Shown: positions 36,594 through 44,998 of the stretch, piece after piece
Position numbering within the stretch: the first letter of the stretch is position 1
How the letters are laid out: each line of letters begins with the position of its first letter
Assembly: GCA_025934375.1 (NCBI GenBank)
Contig: JAICYD010000015.1
Location: 15,073-79,072 of the forward strand
Source: Streptosporangiaceae bacterium
GTDB taxonomy: Bacteria; Actinomycetota; Actinomycetes; Streptosporangiales; Streptosporangiaceae
Direction of reading: 5' to 3'
Length of the DNA stretch: 64,000 nucleotides
Position numbers and translations under genes: made by a program
Notes under the pieces: model-generated
What the model saw: only the letters and a program-made list of their open reading frames with translations
The model's database searches: none
Told to the model about the DNA's origin: nothing

Positions 36594-37427
36594 CTAGTAC
36601 CAGCCGGTGGACTGCTCGTGGGACCACGCCGTGCAGGGAGAGCCGTAGGTGCCGTCGATGTAAGACAGGCCCCAGCGGATCTGGGTAGCGGCGTTGGTCT
36701 GCCAGTCTGGGCCGGCGCTGGCCATCTTCGAGCCGGGCAGGGCCTGCGGGATGCCGTAGGCGCCCGAGCCCGGGTTCTGGGCGTAGACGTTCCAGCCGCT
36801 CTCCTGTGCCCATAGGGAGTCCAGGCACGAGAACTGCCCGGACCGGCCCTGAGAGGCGAGGATCTGCTGCGCGATCTGCCGAGGCGACCCGGACGGGGCC
36901 GAATGCGACGAGCTCGAGCCAGCGGAGCTGGAAGAGGTCGAAGAGCTTTGCTGGGCCGCCTTGGCCGCGGCGGCCTTCGCGGCCGCGGCCCTCGCGGCCG
37001 CCGCCTTCGCCGCTGCCGCCCTCGCGGCGGCCGCGGCAGCCGCCTGGCGGGCCTGCTCGGCGCGCTTGGCCACCACCGCGAGGTGGGCCGCGTGCAGGCG
37101 GGCCGCTGTAGCGCGCATCTGCGCAATCTGGATCTCGTGGACCCGGCTAGCCGCCGCGGCCTTGCCGCTGCGGACGTCGGCCGCCCCGGTTGCCAGGGAG
37201 GCGGACTTCGCTACCGATTGCTGCTGGTGGTTGACGATCGCCAGGTCGGCGGTCGTCGCCTTGCTGGTGAACGCCGCGGGTGACGCGGCGGGCCAGGTGG
37301 CCGCCGTGAGGGACACGGCGGTGACGGCGCAGAGCACGCCGCCGCCAACGACAATTGAGAGCTTGCTAGGTCGTGGCATGCGAAAATGCCGAGCCAACTT
37401 CGAGCCTTCAGTTCTGCGCGGGCGCAT
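36594..37427 (-). CDS. Secreted SLT-like (lytic transglycosylase fold) protein with an Ala/Lys coiled low-complexity region
   Basis: Signal or TM segment, an (AAAAK/R)n region, and a C-terminal ~85 aa reading CLDSLWAQESGWNVYAQNPGSGAYGIPQALPGSKM...QIRWGLSYIDGTYGSPCTAWSHEQSTGWY (E-S plus GAYGIPQ pattern). The start is uncertain: 37427 or 37379. Confidence 0.7.
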   Translation of the reverse strand: MRPRRTEGSKLARHFRMPRPSKLSIVVGGGVLCAVTAVSLTAATWPAASPAAFTSKATTADLAIVNHQQQSVAKSASLATGAADVRSGKAAAASRVHEIQIAQMRATAARLHAAHLAVVAKRAEQARQAAAAAAARAAAAKAAAARAAAAKAAAAKAAQQSSSTSSSSAGSSSSHSAPSGSPRQIAQQILASQGRSGQFSCLDSLWAQESGWNVYAQNPGSGAYGIPQALPGSKMASAGPDWQTNAATQIRWGLSYIDGTYGSPCTAWSHEQSTGWY

Positions 37428-37630
37428 CCATGCGCTTCGCGCGAGCTTTCACCCCTGACGCATAGCGGGCCGTTTCGCCACTCGCGGGCCAACATTTCCC
37501 AACGTCGGGCTAACGGACTCGGTGCGGGGTCAGGGCACCAGGGCCACTCAGAGGCGGCCATCGCGTCAGCCGGGATGCTGTCGCTAACAGACCATGCCAG
37601 AAGACACGCCGAACAGTGCACTAATCGTGA

Positions 37631-37646
37631 TGTGACGTAGATCACG
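37631..37646. promoter_or_regulatory. CRP/FNR-type palindrome TGTGA-N6-TCACG
   Basis: TGTGACGTAGATCACG matches 9 of 10 positions of TGTGA-N6-TCACA. It lies about 200-250 nt upstream of the 36594..37427 gene. Confidence 0.35.
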
Positions 37647-37805
37647 TCAACGATATCCGGATTACCGTTTGAAAGGCTGAACCGCTGGTCGGGAGCGGGT
37701 TTTAGGCCCCCGACCAGCACTTCCGGAGTTCCTTATGGCGAACGTCACATCTGACCCCAAAATCGCCCGCCGCACCAGTTTGAGGCATGAATCGCAATGA
37801 CGGAT

Positions 37806-37821
37806 TGTGACGTAGGACACA
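37806..37821. promoter_or_regulatory. CRP/FNR-type palindrome TGTGA-N6-ACACA
   Basis: TGTGACGTAGGACACA shares the identical 10-mer TGTGACGTAG with the 37631 site and has one mismatch in the right half-site. Confidence 0.3.
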
Positions 37822-37861
37822 CGTGAATTGCGCTTCCAGTAAGGGGTCCCCGGCAAACGCA

Positions 37862-37906
37862 TACTGCGCGTGTCGCCAGTTTGCAGCAAAGGCGACACGC
37901 GCAGTA
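37862..37906 (-). terminator. Hairpin downstream of the 37954..38799 gene
   Basis: Perfect 16-bp stem TACTGCGCGTGTCGCC / GGCGACACGCGCAGTA with a 13-nt loop, 48 nt after the stop codon. On the minus strand it is followed by GCGUUUGCC, a weak U-tract. Confidence 0.5.
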
Positions 37907-37953
37907 ATTAAGTGAATAGCCCAGACTAGCTAGATCGGATTGGTTAGTTGTGA

Positions 37954-38799
37954 CTAGTACCAGCCTGAGGATTCCTCGTGGCTCCACGCACCGCACGGGG
38001 TTCCGTAGGTCTGGGAGATGTAGGTCAGGCCCCACTTGATCTGGGTGGCTGGGTTCGTCCGCCAGTCAGAGCCGGCAGTTGCCATCTTCGAGCCGGGCAG
38101 GGACTGCGGGATGCCATAGGCGCCGCTGGCGTTCTCCGCGTCCCAGCGCCAGCCGCTCTCCCGGTTCCACAGGCTCACCAGGCACGAGTACTGCGACCCC
38201 TGGTTAAAGCCGTAGCTCGGCAGCATCTTGTAGGCGATGCTCTGGGCCGATCCGGGGTCTGGCGGCGGCGCGGCGGGCGCGTTGCTGGTCGAGGACGAGC
38301 CACTCCCGGTCCCTGTGCCGGTCCCGGTGCCCGTCCCCGTCGTAGCGGAACTGGCCTGCATCGAAGCGAGGACCTTGGACGGGCTCACCATCGCCGGCTT
38401 GGATACCGACGAGAGGGTCTGCGCGGCCACGTTCATCACGATGAGCTGCTGGCGCTCCTGCTCGAGCAGGGTGATCGAGTTACTGTGCGGCAGAGAACTC
38501 AGGAAGGGCGTCAGCCCGGCCGCGCCGCCGCCATTCGGGCTCATCACGTACGCCGCGATGGTGACCACGGTTACGAGGAAGGCAGCCAGTCCGATCGCCG
38601 GGAAGACCACTCCGGTCCGCCGCAGCAGCCCCTTCTTCTTCCGGGCGCTGCGGGGCTTCGCGAGCGGCCCTGTGTTGCGGGACGCGCCGCTAAAGGACGG
38701 CCCCTTCCGGGACGCCGACGACGGCCGGTAACCCAGGTCTGACGCTGGGTCCGAAGCTGCCTCGGTCGGCTCCAGCGTCGCAGTCCGGTGTCGTGACAA
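37954..38799 (-). CDS. Membrane-anchored SLT-like protein, paralog of 36594..37427
   Basis: The same C-terminal domain (CLVSLWNRESGWRWDAENASGAYGIPQSLPGSKM...QIKWGLTYISQTYGTPCGAWSHEESSGWY). It has an N-terminal basic tail plus TM helix and a (TG)n linker. TTG start preceded by AAAGGA. Confidence 0.7.
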   Translation of the reverse strand: MSRHRTATLEPTEAASDPASDLGYRPSSASRKGPSFSGASRNTGPLAKPRSARKKKGLLRRTGVVFPAIGLAAFLVTVVTIAAYVMSPNGGGAAGLTPFLSSLPHSNSITLLEQERQQLIVMNVAAQTLSSVSKPAMVSPSKVLASMQASSATTGTGTGTGTGTGSGSSSTSNAPAAPPPDPGSAQSIAYKMLPSYGFNQGSQYSCLVSLWNRESGWRWDAENASGAYGIPQSLPGSKMATAGSDWRTNPATQIKWGLTYISQTYGTPCGAWSHEESSGWY

Positions 38800-38915
38800 C
38801 GCAGTCCTTTCGGTTCAAGCCGCACCCATCTCGCTGCCGAACAACATTGCCATAACGGAAGATCAGCCGTCCGCAAGTTCCCAAAGAAAATACGTATGAG
38901 CCATCCTTACCATTT

Positions 38916-38931
38916 GGTGACGCTTATCACA
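38916..38931. promoter_or_regulatory. CRP/FNR-type palindrome GGTGA-N6-TCACA
   Basis: GGTGACGCTTATCACA lies in the 201-bp divergent region between the SLT-like paralog (start 38799) and the nucleoside phosphorylase gene (start 39001). Confidence 0.35.
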
Positions 38932-39000
38932 GTCCAATAACACGGATCGTGACATCGGAGCTCGCCGGCCGGCTCGGGGGCGCCGGCCGGCCAGCGTGCG

Positions 39001-39849
39001 ATGATCAGCGGCATGAGTGACGACCCGGAGTATCATCCAGACCCCTACTCCCGTGCAGCCGCCAGCGCTACCAGGCTCACGCAGCTCGCGGGCACGAGCT
39101 TCGACGCCGCCGTCGTCCTGGGGTCCGGCTGGCTCGCCGCGGCCGACGCCATTGGCACCGCGGACGGCGAGGTCCCCCTGGCGGACCTCGGCGGCTTCCC
39201 GGCGCCGACGACTGCGGGGCACGGCGGCGCCGTCCGCTACCTGAACGCGGGCGGCCAGCGCGTCCTGCTCTTCCTCGGCCGGGTGCACATGTATGAGGGG
39301 CATGAGCCGGCCACCGTCGTGCACGGGGTGCGGACCGCGATCGCGGCGGGCTGCCGGACCGTCATCTTGACCAACGCGGCCGGGGGGATACGGGCCGACT
39401 ACACGGTCGGGCAGCCGGTCCTGGTCAGCGACCACCTGAACCTCACCGGCCGCTCCCCGCTGTGGGGCCCGCAGCCTCCGGCCGGGTACCCGGGCCGGTT
39501 CGCCGACCTCACCGCGGTGTACTCTCCCCGGCTGCGAGAGGTGGCCCGGTCGCTGGACCCGGCGCTCGCTGAGGGCGTGTACGCGGCGCTGCCGGGACCG
39601 CACTACGAGACGCCGGCCGAGATCCGGATGCTGCGCGGTCTCGGCGCGGATCTCGTCGGGATGTCAACCGCCCTGGAGGCGATCGCCGCCCGCCACCTCG
39701 GCGCCGAAGTCCTTGGCATCTCGCTGGTCACCAACGCGGCGGCGGGCCTGTCGGAGGAGCTCCTCGACCACGCCGACGTCCTCGCCGCCGCCAAGTCCTC
39801 CGCCGAGCGCGTCGGGTCGCTGCTAAGCCAACTCCTCCCGAGGATCTAG
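39001..39849 (+). CDS. Purine nucleoside phosphorylase (trimeric PNP family)
   Basis: VVLGSGW...GHGG...GRVHMYEG...NAAGG...[27 protein letters not shown]...TNAAAG are typical PunA/PNP-I motifs. Confidence 0.85.
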   Translation: MISGMSDDPEYHPDPYSRAAASATRLTQLAGTSFDAAVVLGSGWLAAADAIGTADGEVPLADLGGFPAPTTAGHGGAVRYLNAGGQRVLLFLGRVHMYEGHEPATVVHGVRTAIAAGCRTVILTNAAGGIRADYTVGQPVLVSDHLNLTGRSPLWGPQPPAGYPGRFADLTAVYSPRLREVARSLDPALAEGVYAALPGPHYETPAEIRMLRGLGADLVGMSTALEAIAARHLGAEVLGISLVTNAAAGLSEELLDHADVLAAAKSSAERVGSLLSQLLPRI

Positions 39850-39928
39850 CGCCCTGCCCGCGACACCCAACCGGACAAACCGGAGCTCCGCATACCAGGG
39901 AACCGAAAATGGAGGCGTTTTGTCGCAT

Positions 39929-40984
39929 TTATCCGGCAGCGGGGATGGTCGGGGTTAGCGGTTGCCAGGCGAGGGCGGCGCGGCCGAGGACGGTTCCGGC
40001 GCGGACGTCGGCCAGGGTCGCGGCTACGTCGCCGGGGCCGACGACCTTGCTGACGACGGGGCGGACCCGGCCGGCCTGGAGGAGCCGCGCGGCCAGGCCG
40101 ACCTCATGGCGCGAGTTGTACCGCGAGCCGGCCACGGTCAACTGGCGCTGGACCAGCTCGCGGGAGGACACGGCGAACTGCTCACCGGGAAAGGTCGTCA
40201 AGGCGACGAGCGTGCCGTTGCGGGCCAGGTGGTCGACCGCCCAGCGCTGCGCCGGAGGACGCCCGTAGAGGTCCACGACGACGTCGGCTTGCCCGCCCCA
40301 CGACGCCGGCAGCCGGACCGCGGCGAAGTCCGAGGAGTCGATCGCGGTGACGCCAAGCTCGCGTTCCAGGTAGGTGAGCTTGGAGGCGACCACGTCCAGG
40401 CCGGCCACCTCGGCCCCGTACACCTTCGCGACCTGCACCATGTGGATGCCGACGCCGCCGCCGGCCGCCAGCACCGCGACCCGGGCGCCGGGCGCGATGC
40501 CCGCCAGCCGCGCCACGTGCACCGGCGTCGCGATCGCGTCCGGGATCGCCGTGGCCGCCACCGGGTCGACGCCATCCGGCACCGGGATCGCGTTCAGCGC
40601 CGGGAGCACCGCGTACTCGGCGTAGCCGCCGTCGATCGCCACGCCGACGTTTCCGCGGAAACGCTCGCACAGCGACTCCGAGGACGCCAGGCACTGGGGG
40701 CACGAGCCGCACACCAGGTAAAAGTAGGCCGCGACGCGCTGTCCGGCCAACGCCGCGGGCACCCCAGACCCGACTTCCGTCACGACGCCCACCAGCTCGT
40801 GCCCCGGCGTGCGGGGCAAGAACGCCGGATCATCGCCGAGGTGCCCCCGCATGCAGTTCACCACCGTCAGCCCGATCCCGCAGGCCTCCACCCGCACCAG
40901 GACCTCGCCGTCGCCCGGCGATGGCCGGGCTATGTCAGCGGCCTCCAGCGGCCCGCCCCATGCCTTGATCCGCAGCGCTCGCAT
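39929..40984 (-). CDS. Zinc-dependent alcohol dehydrogenase family (MDR) oxidoreductase
   Basis: GHELVGVV, a structural-zinc Cys cluster (CGSCPQCLASSESLC), and a Rossmann motif (VLAAGGGVGIHMVQ). Confidence 0.85.
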   Translation of the reverse strand: MRALRIKAWGGPLEAADIARPSPGDGEVLVRVEACGIGLTVVNCMRGHLGDDPAFLPRTPGHELVGVVTEVGSGVPAALAGQRVAAYFYLVCGSCPQCLASSESLCERFRGNVGVAIDGGYAEYAVLPALNAIPVPDGVDPVAATAIPDAIATPVHVARLAGIAPGARVAVLAAGGGVGIHMVQVAKVYGAEVAGLDVVASKLTYLERELGVTAIDSSDFAAVRLPASWGGQADVVVDLYGRPPAQRWAVDHLARNGTLVALTTFPGEQFAVSSRELVQRQLTVAGSRYNSRHEVGLAARLLQAGRVRPVVSKVVGPGDVAATLADVRAGTVLGRAALAWQPLTPTIPAAG

Positions 40985-41167
40985 CGACGGCCTCCTTACG
41001 GGAATCGGGGCTTAACCTACTGGCTGCGTAGTTGCCGATGATTGGCCTTTAGCCCAATCTGCGGGGCGACTGCTATGCCCACGGCCCAGGCCGACGCCCA
41101 ATGCCCTTGCGGTTCGCCGCCGGGCGAGAAGGATGGAACCTGCGAGCGTGAGAACAGGAGGCGCCCC

Positions 41168-42367
41168 ATGACGCGGGTGGCGATCATCGGCGGAGGCATC
41201 GGCGGGCTGACGGCGGCGAACGCGCTGACGCGGGCCGGGATCGAGGTGGCGGTCTACGAGGCCGCCGGCGAGCTGAAGGAGATCGGAGCGGGGGTCGCGC
41301 TGCACCCCAACGCGATGCGGGTGCTGCGGTCGATCGGCGTGGAGGACGCCGTGCGCGGGATCGCCGGGCGGTCGCAATGGCAGTGGACGCGCGCCCGGAC
41401 CGGCCGGGTGATCGCCAGGTCGACCCCGGCCCAGCAGGCGGCCAGCTTCGGGCTGACCGGGGCGACCGTGCACCGGGCCGACCTGCTGGACGTGCTCGCC
41501 GCCGCGTTGCCGGATGGCATCGTGACGCTCGGGAAGCGCTGCACCGAGGTGCTGCCCGGCGGGGACGCGGACCCGCCCGTCGCCCGGTTCGCCGACGGCA
41601 GCGAGGCCACCGCCGACGTGATCATCGGCGCGGACGGGATTCACTCCGCGGTGCGGACGGCGCTGTTCGGACCGGACGCGCCGCGCTTCACCGGGAAGAT
41701 CTGCTACCGCAGCGTCATCCCGGCCGCGGCGGTCGCGGGCAAGCAGGTGAACACAGACGGAGCGCAGTGGTTCGGGCCGCACGGGACGATCGTCGTGTAC
41801 CCGTTGCGGGGCACCGACTTGCTGAACGTGGTCTGCCACTACGACGACGACGGGTACCGGCACGAGTCGTGGGTGACCGAGTGCGAGGGCGCCGAGGTGC
41901 TGGAGCGGTACGCCGACTGGCACGAAGAGCTGCTGCGGCTTTTCGCCGCCGGTGACACCTGGTACAAGTGGGCGCTCTACGATCGCGACCCGATCCCCGA
42001 GTGGACCCGCGGCCGGGTCACGCTGCTCGGCGACGCGGCGCATCCGATGCTCCCCTACCTCGGGCAGGGTGCCTGCCAGGCGCTGGAGGACGGCGCCGTG
42101 CTGGCGACCGCGATGGCCGCCGGGGCCGCCGACCCGTCCGCAGGGCTGGCCCGGTACGAGGCAGCCCGGCGGCCGCGGGCCAGCCGCGTGGTGCTAGCCG
42201 CCCGCGAGCGGGGGCTGAGCAACCACCAGTCGTCGCGGTGGGCAGCCTGGCGGCGCGACGTGGCGATCGCGGTCCGCCGCCGGGTCAACCGCCGCGACCC
42301 GGAGGGCCGCGGCACCAGCTGGCTCGCCGATTACGACGCCACCTCCCCCGACGTGCTGGCCGGCTAG
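41168..42367 (+). CDS. FAD-dependent aromatic-ring monooxygenase (salicylate hydroxylase-like)
   Basis: VAIIGGGIGGLTAA (GxGxxG), GADGIHSAVR, LLGDAAHPMLPYLGQGACQALEDG. ATG 41168 is preceded by AGGAGG. Confidence 0.85.
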   Translation: MTRVAIIGGGIGGLTAANALTRAGIEVAVYEAAGELKEIGAGVALHPNAMRVLRSIGVEDAVRGIAGRSQWQWTRARTGRVIARSTPAQQAASFGLTGATVHRADLLDVLAAALPDGIVTLGKRCTEVLPGGDADPPVARFADGSEATADVIIGADGIHSAVRTALFGPDAPRFTGKICYRSVIPAAAVAGKQVNTDGAQWFGPHGTIVVYPLRGTDLLNVVCHYDDDGYRHESWVTECEGAEVLERYADWHEELLRLFAAGDTWYKWALYDRDPIPEWTRGRVTLLGDAAHPMLPYLGQGACQALEDGAVLATAMAAGAADPSAGLARYEAARRPRASRVVLAARERGLSNHQSSRWAAWRRDVAIAVRRRVNRRDPEGRGTSWLADYDATSPDVLAG

Positions 42368-43062
42368 TCCGCGGTCATGTCGCCTTCCGCTGGGAACTTC
42401 GTGTCGTGCATGACCGCGGTCACCGGCTCGCCCGCGAGCACGGCGACCGCCATCTGCTCCTCGCGGGCGACGACGCGCTCGGCGAACGCGATGACGTCGG
42501 CGGCCCGCTCCCGGGGGATGAAGACGACCCCGTCGCGGTCGGCGAGGACCAGGTCGCCCTGCTCGACGCGGACGCCGGCGAAGTCGACCGGCTCCCCGGT
42601 GGCGACCTGGACGATGCGGCCGCGGGCGCTGACCGGGACGACCGCCCGGCCGAAGACGGGGAAGCCAAGCTGCTCGCCCTCGGCGATGTCGCGGCAGGCG
42701 CCGTCGATCACCACGCCGCGGATGCCGCGGTACCGGGCGGCGCGAGTGAGGATGCCACCCCAGCAGGAGACGTCCAGCCGGCCGTCGTTGGCCACCACGA
42801 TGACGTCGCCCTCGCTGGCGCTGTCGATGGCGCTGGCCGCGATGTGCGCCGCCGGGCCGCCTTGGTCCCTAGGCCCGGCGGTGACGGTGCGGGCGACGCC
42901 GGCCAGAGCCTGCTCGACAGGCCACAGCCGGCCCACCCCGGTGGTGGCGCCGGGCAGCCCGAGGGCGTCCAGGGCGTCGGAGACCGCACAGCAATCCAGC
43001 CGGGCCAGCCGCTCCAGCAAGGTCACGACGTCCCTTGCGATCCGCGCCATAGGTGATGTCAC
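42364..43062 (-). CDS. RraA-family protein (aldolase / RNase E regulator-like fold)
   Basis: CAVSDALDALG...GDVIVVANDG...CWGGILTRAARYRGIRGVVIDGACRD, typical of RraA/HMG aldolase-like proteins. Confidence 0.8.
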   Translation of the reverse strand: MTSPMARIARDVVTLLERLARLDCCAVSDALDALGLPGATTGVGRLWPVEQALAGVARTVTAGPRDQGGPAAHIAASAIDSASEGDVIVVANDGRLDVSCWGGILTRAARYRGIRGVVIDGACRDIAEGEQLGFPVFGRAVVPVSARGRIVQVATGEPVDFAGVRVEQGDLVLADRDGVVFIPRERAADVIAFAERVVAREEQMAVAVLAGEPVTAVMHDTKFPAEGDMTAD

Positions 43063-43248
43063 CTTCTCTCTGCCTTTTTAGTATCAGTTGACGACGCGCC
43101 GTCGTCGATGGCCTGACCACCTGCTATGCCTGGTCGCACCGGCCGCGCGAGAGATAGTCGGGCCCACCTGCACGATGCGCTATCAGATCGAGTACTGGCA
43201 TGGGGCAATAGGATGCAAATCGTGGGCATTCACCGGCGGGGAGTGAAT

Positions 43249-44139
43249 ATGAGCACGCGAGACATCGGAGACTATGCAGCGCAGGGCGCACGGGCCGGAC
43301 GGTCGTCGGCGCGCCTAGTGCTGGGGACCAGGCTGCGGGGGCTGCGAGAGGCCGCCGGCATCACTCCCGAGGCCGCCGCCCAGGCGATCCGGGGGTCGAG
43401 ATCGAAGATCAGCCGGCTTGAGCATGGCCGGACCGGCTTCAAGTCCCGTGACCTGGCCGACCTGCTGACCTGCTACGGGGTCAGCGACATGGCCGAGCGC
43501 GCGACCTTGCTCGAGCTCGCCGAGCACGCGAACGTCGACAGCTGGTGGCAGGCGTACGGGGACGTGGTTCCCCCGTGGCTAGAGCAGTACCTCGACATGG
43601 AGCGGTCTGCCCGCCTGATCCGGGCTTATGAGGCTCAGTATGTGCCCGGCCTGCTGCAGACGGGGGACTATGCCCGCGCTGTCTTGCGGTCGAGCCTTCC
43701 GGGCGCGACCGACGCGGAGGTCGAGCGGCGGGCTGAACTGCGGCTGGTTCGCCAGCAGGTGCTGCGCGGGGCCCGCCAGACGTGCCTGTGGGTGGTGATC
43801 GACGAGGCGGCCCTTCACCGGCCGGTCGGCGGCCGGGTCGTGATGAACGCTCAGATCGAGCACCTGATCGAGGTGTCCAGGCTGCCCAACATCCGCATTC
43901 AGGTGCTGCCGCTCAGCGTGGGCGGGCACGCGGCGGGCGGCGGTAGCGTCACCGTGCTGCGGTTCCCCGAGTCTGAGCTGCCCGATGTGGTGTACCTGGA
44001 GCAGATGCTCACCGCGGTCTACCTGAACAGGCCCGAGGACAGCGCTCACTACCGGGACGTCCTGAACCTCCTGGCGGCGCAGGCGGCGGACCTCGATACG
44101 ACCGCGGCGACGCTGGAGCGGCTCCTGATCGAGACGTGA
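43249..44139 (+). CDS. XRE-family HTH regulator with a DUF5753-type C-terminal domain
   Basis: N-terminal HTH (LRGLREAAGITPEAAAQAIRGSRSKISRLEHGR). The C-terminus (YEAQYVPGLLQTGDYARAVL...QIEHLIE...IRIQVLP) is typical of actinobacterial Scr1-like regulators. Confidence 0.8.
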   Translation: MSTRDIGDYAAQGARAGRSSARLVLGTRLRGLREAAGITPEAAAQAIRGSRSKISRLEHGRTGFKSRDLADLLTCYGVSDMAERATLLELAEHANVDSWWQAYGDVVPPWLEQYLDMERSARLIRAYEAQYVPGLLQTGDYARAVLRSSLPGATDAEVERRAELRLVRQQVLRGARQTCLWVVIDEAALHRPVGGRVVMNAQIEHLIEVSRLPNIRIQVLPLSVGGHAAGGGSVTVLRFPESELPDVVYLEQMLTAVYLNRPEDSAHYRDVLNLLAAQAADLDTTAATLERLLIET

Positions 44140-44173
44140 CCGCGTTGCCAGCCCGGGGGTTTAGGATCACGTC

Positions 44174-44995
44174 ATGACCACCAGCCCCGGGGTTCCCGGC
44201 CCTCAGGTGCCGCCAGGGATCGACTCCTCGGTCTCGCACTCGGCTCGGATCTGGAACTACTGGCTCGGCGGCAAGGACTTCTATCCCGTCGACAAGCAGG
44301 TTGGCGACCAGATCCTCGCGTTCGTCCCCGAGCTGGTCCGCTCGGCGCGGGCCGACCGGTACTTCCTGGCCCGCGCGGTCCGCTTCCTGGCCGCCCAGGG
44401 AATCCGCCAGTTCCTGGACGTCGGCACTGGCCTGCCGACCGTGGACAACACCCATGAGGTGGCCCAGCGCGCGGCGCCGGAGTCGAGGATCGTCTACGTT
44501 GACAATGACCCGCTGGTGCTGGTGCACGCGCGTGCCCTGCTGACCAGCACGACCGAGGGCCGCTGTGACTACATCGACGCCGACGTGCTCGACCCGCAGT
44601 CGATCCTGGCCCAGGCCGCCCGGACCCTGGACTTCAGCCAGCCCGTAGCGATCATCATGCTCGGGGTCTTGAACTTCGTCATCGACGCCAGCGATGCCCT
44701 GCGGGTCGTGCGGCAGCTGACTGAGGCCACCGTGCCGGGCAGCTACCTGGTGATCTCGCACCCGACCACCGAGGTCGACGCGGCGCCGATGACCGAGGCC
44801 GTGCGCTTCTGGAACGAGCAGGGCTCGGCCCAGATGACGCTGCGCACCCGTGAGGACCTCGCGCGGTTCTTCGACGGGATGCAACTGCTGGAGCCGGGGA
44901 TAGTGACCTGCTCCCGGTGGCGGCCTGAGGTCATGGAGATCAGCGACATCGTCGACGTGACGCACTTCGGCGGCGTCGCGCGAAAGACCGCCTGA
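44174..44995 (+). CDS. SAM-dependent methyltransferase (Methyltransf_19 / former DUF574 family)
   Basis: IDSSVSHSARIWNYWLGGKDFYPVD...IRQFLDVGTGLPT...VYVDNDPLVLVHA...DADVLDP, the family signature as I recall it. Confidence 0.75.
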   Translation: MTTSPGVPGPQVPPGIDSSVSHSARIWNYWLGGKDFYPVDKQVGDQILAFVPELVRSARADRYFLARAVRFLAAQGIRQFLDVGTGLPTVDNTHEVAQRAAPESRIVYVDNDPLVLVHARALLTSTTEGRCDYIDADVLDPQSILAQAARTLDFSQPVAIIMLGVLNFVIDASDALRVVRQLTEATVPGSYLVISHPTTEVDAAPMTEAVRFWNEQGSAQMTLRTREDLARFFDGMQLLEPGIVTCSRWRPEVMEISDIVDVTHFGGVARKTA

Positions 44996-44998
44996 GGA

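Noticed and set aside
37428-37953. Possible cyclic-di-AMP (ydaO/yuaA) riboswitch in the long leader of the SLT-like gene. That riboswitch often precedes actinobacterial cell-wall hydrolase genes.
   Set aside because: On the minus strand I find fragments such as CCGGGGACCCC and CAGGGGUGAAAGC that resemble parts of the motif. They are in the wrong order and spacing, and the highly conserved 3' block (…CCGAAUCCGxCAGCUxACCUCGUAxGC) is absent. A covariance-model scan would be needed to revive the idea.
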